This document shows positions 62,799-64,000 of a stretch of DNA of 64,000 nucleotides, one piece after another. Below the pieces are notes generated by a model. That model saw nothing but the letters and a program-made list of their open reading frames with translations. It had not been told where the DNA came from and ran no database searches. Positions within the stretch are counted from its first letter, which is position 1; each line of letters opens with the position of its first letter. Location of the stretch: assembly GCA_038108555.1 (NCBI GenBank), contig JAYNIA010000006.1:8774-72773 (forward strand). Reading direction: 5' to 3'. The stretch comes from Nitrospinota bacterium. GTDB lineage: Bacteria > Nitrospinota > Nitrospinia > Nitrospinales > VA-1. The position numbers were made by a program, and so were the translations under genes.

Positions 62799-63431
62799 AT
62801 GGATTTCATTGACGAAAAAATTGAAGATTATGCCTTCGATCACACCAGCTATGAAGGGGATCTGCTAAAACAATTGGAGGAAGAGACCTACGAAAAGCTG
62901 GAAATTCCACAGATGACGACCGGCAGGATCGAGGCAAGACTGCTAAAGCTGCTGGCGCGTCTGGCAAGTGCCAAACGGATATTGGAAATTGGCACCTTTG
63001 CCGGATACAGTGCCCTTTCAATGGCTGAAGCTTTGCCGGAGGGCGGGGAATTGGTGACCTGCGAAATGGACCCGGAAGCTATTGGAGTTGCAAAAAAATA
63101 CTTTAATTTAAGTCCGCATGGGAAAAAGATTACATTGATGGAGGGCCCTGCTTTGGATTCCCTGAAAAAGGTTTCAGGACCGTTTGACATGGCCTTTATT
63201 GATGCAGATAAGGAAAACTACAGCAATTATTATGAAACAATATTGCCATTGATCCGCTCTGGAGGGTTAATTGCAATCGATAATGTGTTATGGAGCGGTC
63301 GAGTGTTGGACCCGCAAGATAATTCTGACAAGGCGATCCATCAACTCAATGAACTGGTGGTAAAAGATGACAGGGTTGAGTCGGTTTTGCTTACCGTAAG
63401 AGATGGATTGAATTGTGTCATCAAAATTTAG
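62799..63431 (+). CDS. Class I SAM-dependent O-methyltransferase (family 3, caffeoyl-CoA OMT-like)
   Basis: 210 aa. ILEIGTFAGYSALSMAEAL, FIDADKENY and IAIDNVLWSG. Confidence 0.8.
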   Translation: MDFIDEKIEDYAFDHTSYEGDLLKQLEEETYEKLEIPQMTTGRIEARLLKLLARLASAKRILEIGTFAGYSALSMAEALPEGGELVTCEMDPEAIGVAKKYFNLSPHGKKITLMEGPALDSLKKVSGPFDMAFIDADKENYSNYYETILPLIRSGGLIAIDNVLWSGRVLDPQDNSDKAIHQLNELVVKDDRVESVLLTVRDGLNCVIKI

Positions 63432-63522
63432 CTTAGGTACCCAAGATATTGATCCCTGAGTAGGTCTGTGCTAGCGTATTGCAAATTGTTTATTTAATTT
63501 TATTTTTAGGAATTTGATCTCT

Positions 63523-63996
63523 ATGGCTGAAACACTAGGCAGTCTTGTCGATAAACTCTCAATTAAAAACTTACGGATCTGGCATCTAGATGAAGCGCTT
63601 GAACAGGAAAATGGATCGAACCAGGATGAATTAAAAGCAAAGCGCGACCTGGCAGACAAACAAAGGCAAAACCTTGTGAGCGAGATAAATGGGTTTTTGG
63701 CGGCTGCTTTAAAAGGGGAAGTGGTCATTCGTGATGAAAAAATTAAGTTGTATACCAACAAAAATGTTTCTTCATCGGATGGGATTGAAAAGCTGGGAGA
63801 AGCGGTAAGCGAGCTGGCTTTCAGAAATATCAAGCTCTGGCATTGTGAAGACGAGGTGAGGCGTACCGATTTGCCAGATGCGGAGATAGTAAAAATCAAA
63901 AGGCTGATTGATACCACCAATCAGGAACGCAATGACCTGATGGATAAGGTAGACGAGCTTCTCCAAAACCAGTCAGAGAAAACCGGGAAATCCTAA
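63523..63996 (+). CDS. Helical protein with duplicated N-[IL]-[KR]-[IL]-W-H motif (DUF4254-like)
   Basis: KLSIKNLRIWHLDEAL and LAFRNIKLWHCEDEVR, then IKRLIDTTNQERNDLMDKVDELL. It resembles DUF4254 as I recall it, unverified. AGGAA SD before ATG 63523. Confidence 0.5.
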   Translation: MAETLGSLVDKLSIKNLRIWHLDEALEQENGSNQDELKAKRDLADKQRQNLVSEINGFLAAALKGEVVIRDEKIKLYTNKNVSSSDGIEKLGEAVSELAFRNIKLWHCEDEVRRTDLPDAEIVKIKRLIDTTNQERNDLMDKVDELLQNQSEKTGKS

Positions 63997-64000
63997 AGGT

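Noticed and set aside
63471-63920. 149-aa minus-strand ORF opposite the DUF4254-like gene
   Set aside because: The plus-strand frame has an SD, a duplicated W-H motif and a balanced helical composition. The minus-strand frame is Ser/Phe-rich low complexity.

Overview
Dense, AT-rich bacterial chromosomal segment (roughly 40% G+C by eye, not computed). It holds about 60 protein genes and one tRNA-Ala(GGC). I recognise no rRNA, CRISPR array, transposase, integrase or phage genes. Layout: (1) 1-18.4 kb is a cell-envelope glycan locus: partial SDR epimerase, Wzx-like flippase, manC, rfbB-rfbA-rfbD, two GT2, a WecA/MraY-type phosphoglycosyl transferase, an SDR with a Cys-containing insert, and two polytopic GT-C + TPR proteins. 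It is interrupted by lhgO, an HDOD gene with one in-frame TGA, DUF3565 and a J-domain-MORN fusion. (2) 18.7-28.5 kb: FGE-domain protein, acyl-CoA synthetase, SAM methyltransferase, RND efflux pair without an outer-membrane factor, RluA-type pseudouridine synthase, DUF502. (3) 28.7-35.4 kb: tRNA-Ala, dgkA divergent from a UPF0104 flippase-like gene plus a third GT-C/TPR (TMTC-like) gene, CPA2 antiporter, ATC-hydrolase-like protein, nitroreductase. (4) 35.6-37.5 kb: two tandem Sel1-repeat proteins and a TPR-like secreted protein. (5) 37.5-45.8 kb: alpha-glucan cluster glgB-GH57-malQ with convergent glgP. (6) 46-55 kb: solute-binding protein, CNT nucleoside transporter, second UPF0104 protein, cold-shock protein, methyltransferase, ACT-malic enzyme, MMPL/RND exporter. 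(7) 55-58 kb: near-consensus sigma-54 promoter, small ORFs, a three-CxxCH cytochrome, coaX, a Cys-less TusA-like protein. (8) 58.5-64 kb: three RNI-type LRR proteins interleaved with an Hcp-like Cys-rich Sel1 protein and aroK, then alkA-like, O-methyltransferase and DUF4254-like genes. Best candidates for something undescribed: the translationally coupled GT2/WecA-like/TMTC-like operon and the dgkA/UPF0104/TMTC-like module (possible bacterial TPR-guided glycosylation), the LRR/Sel1/aroK cluster, and the tri-haem cytochrome operon. All functional calls come from reading motifs in the supplied translations; no database search was run.
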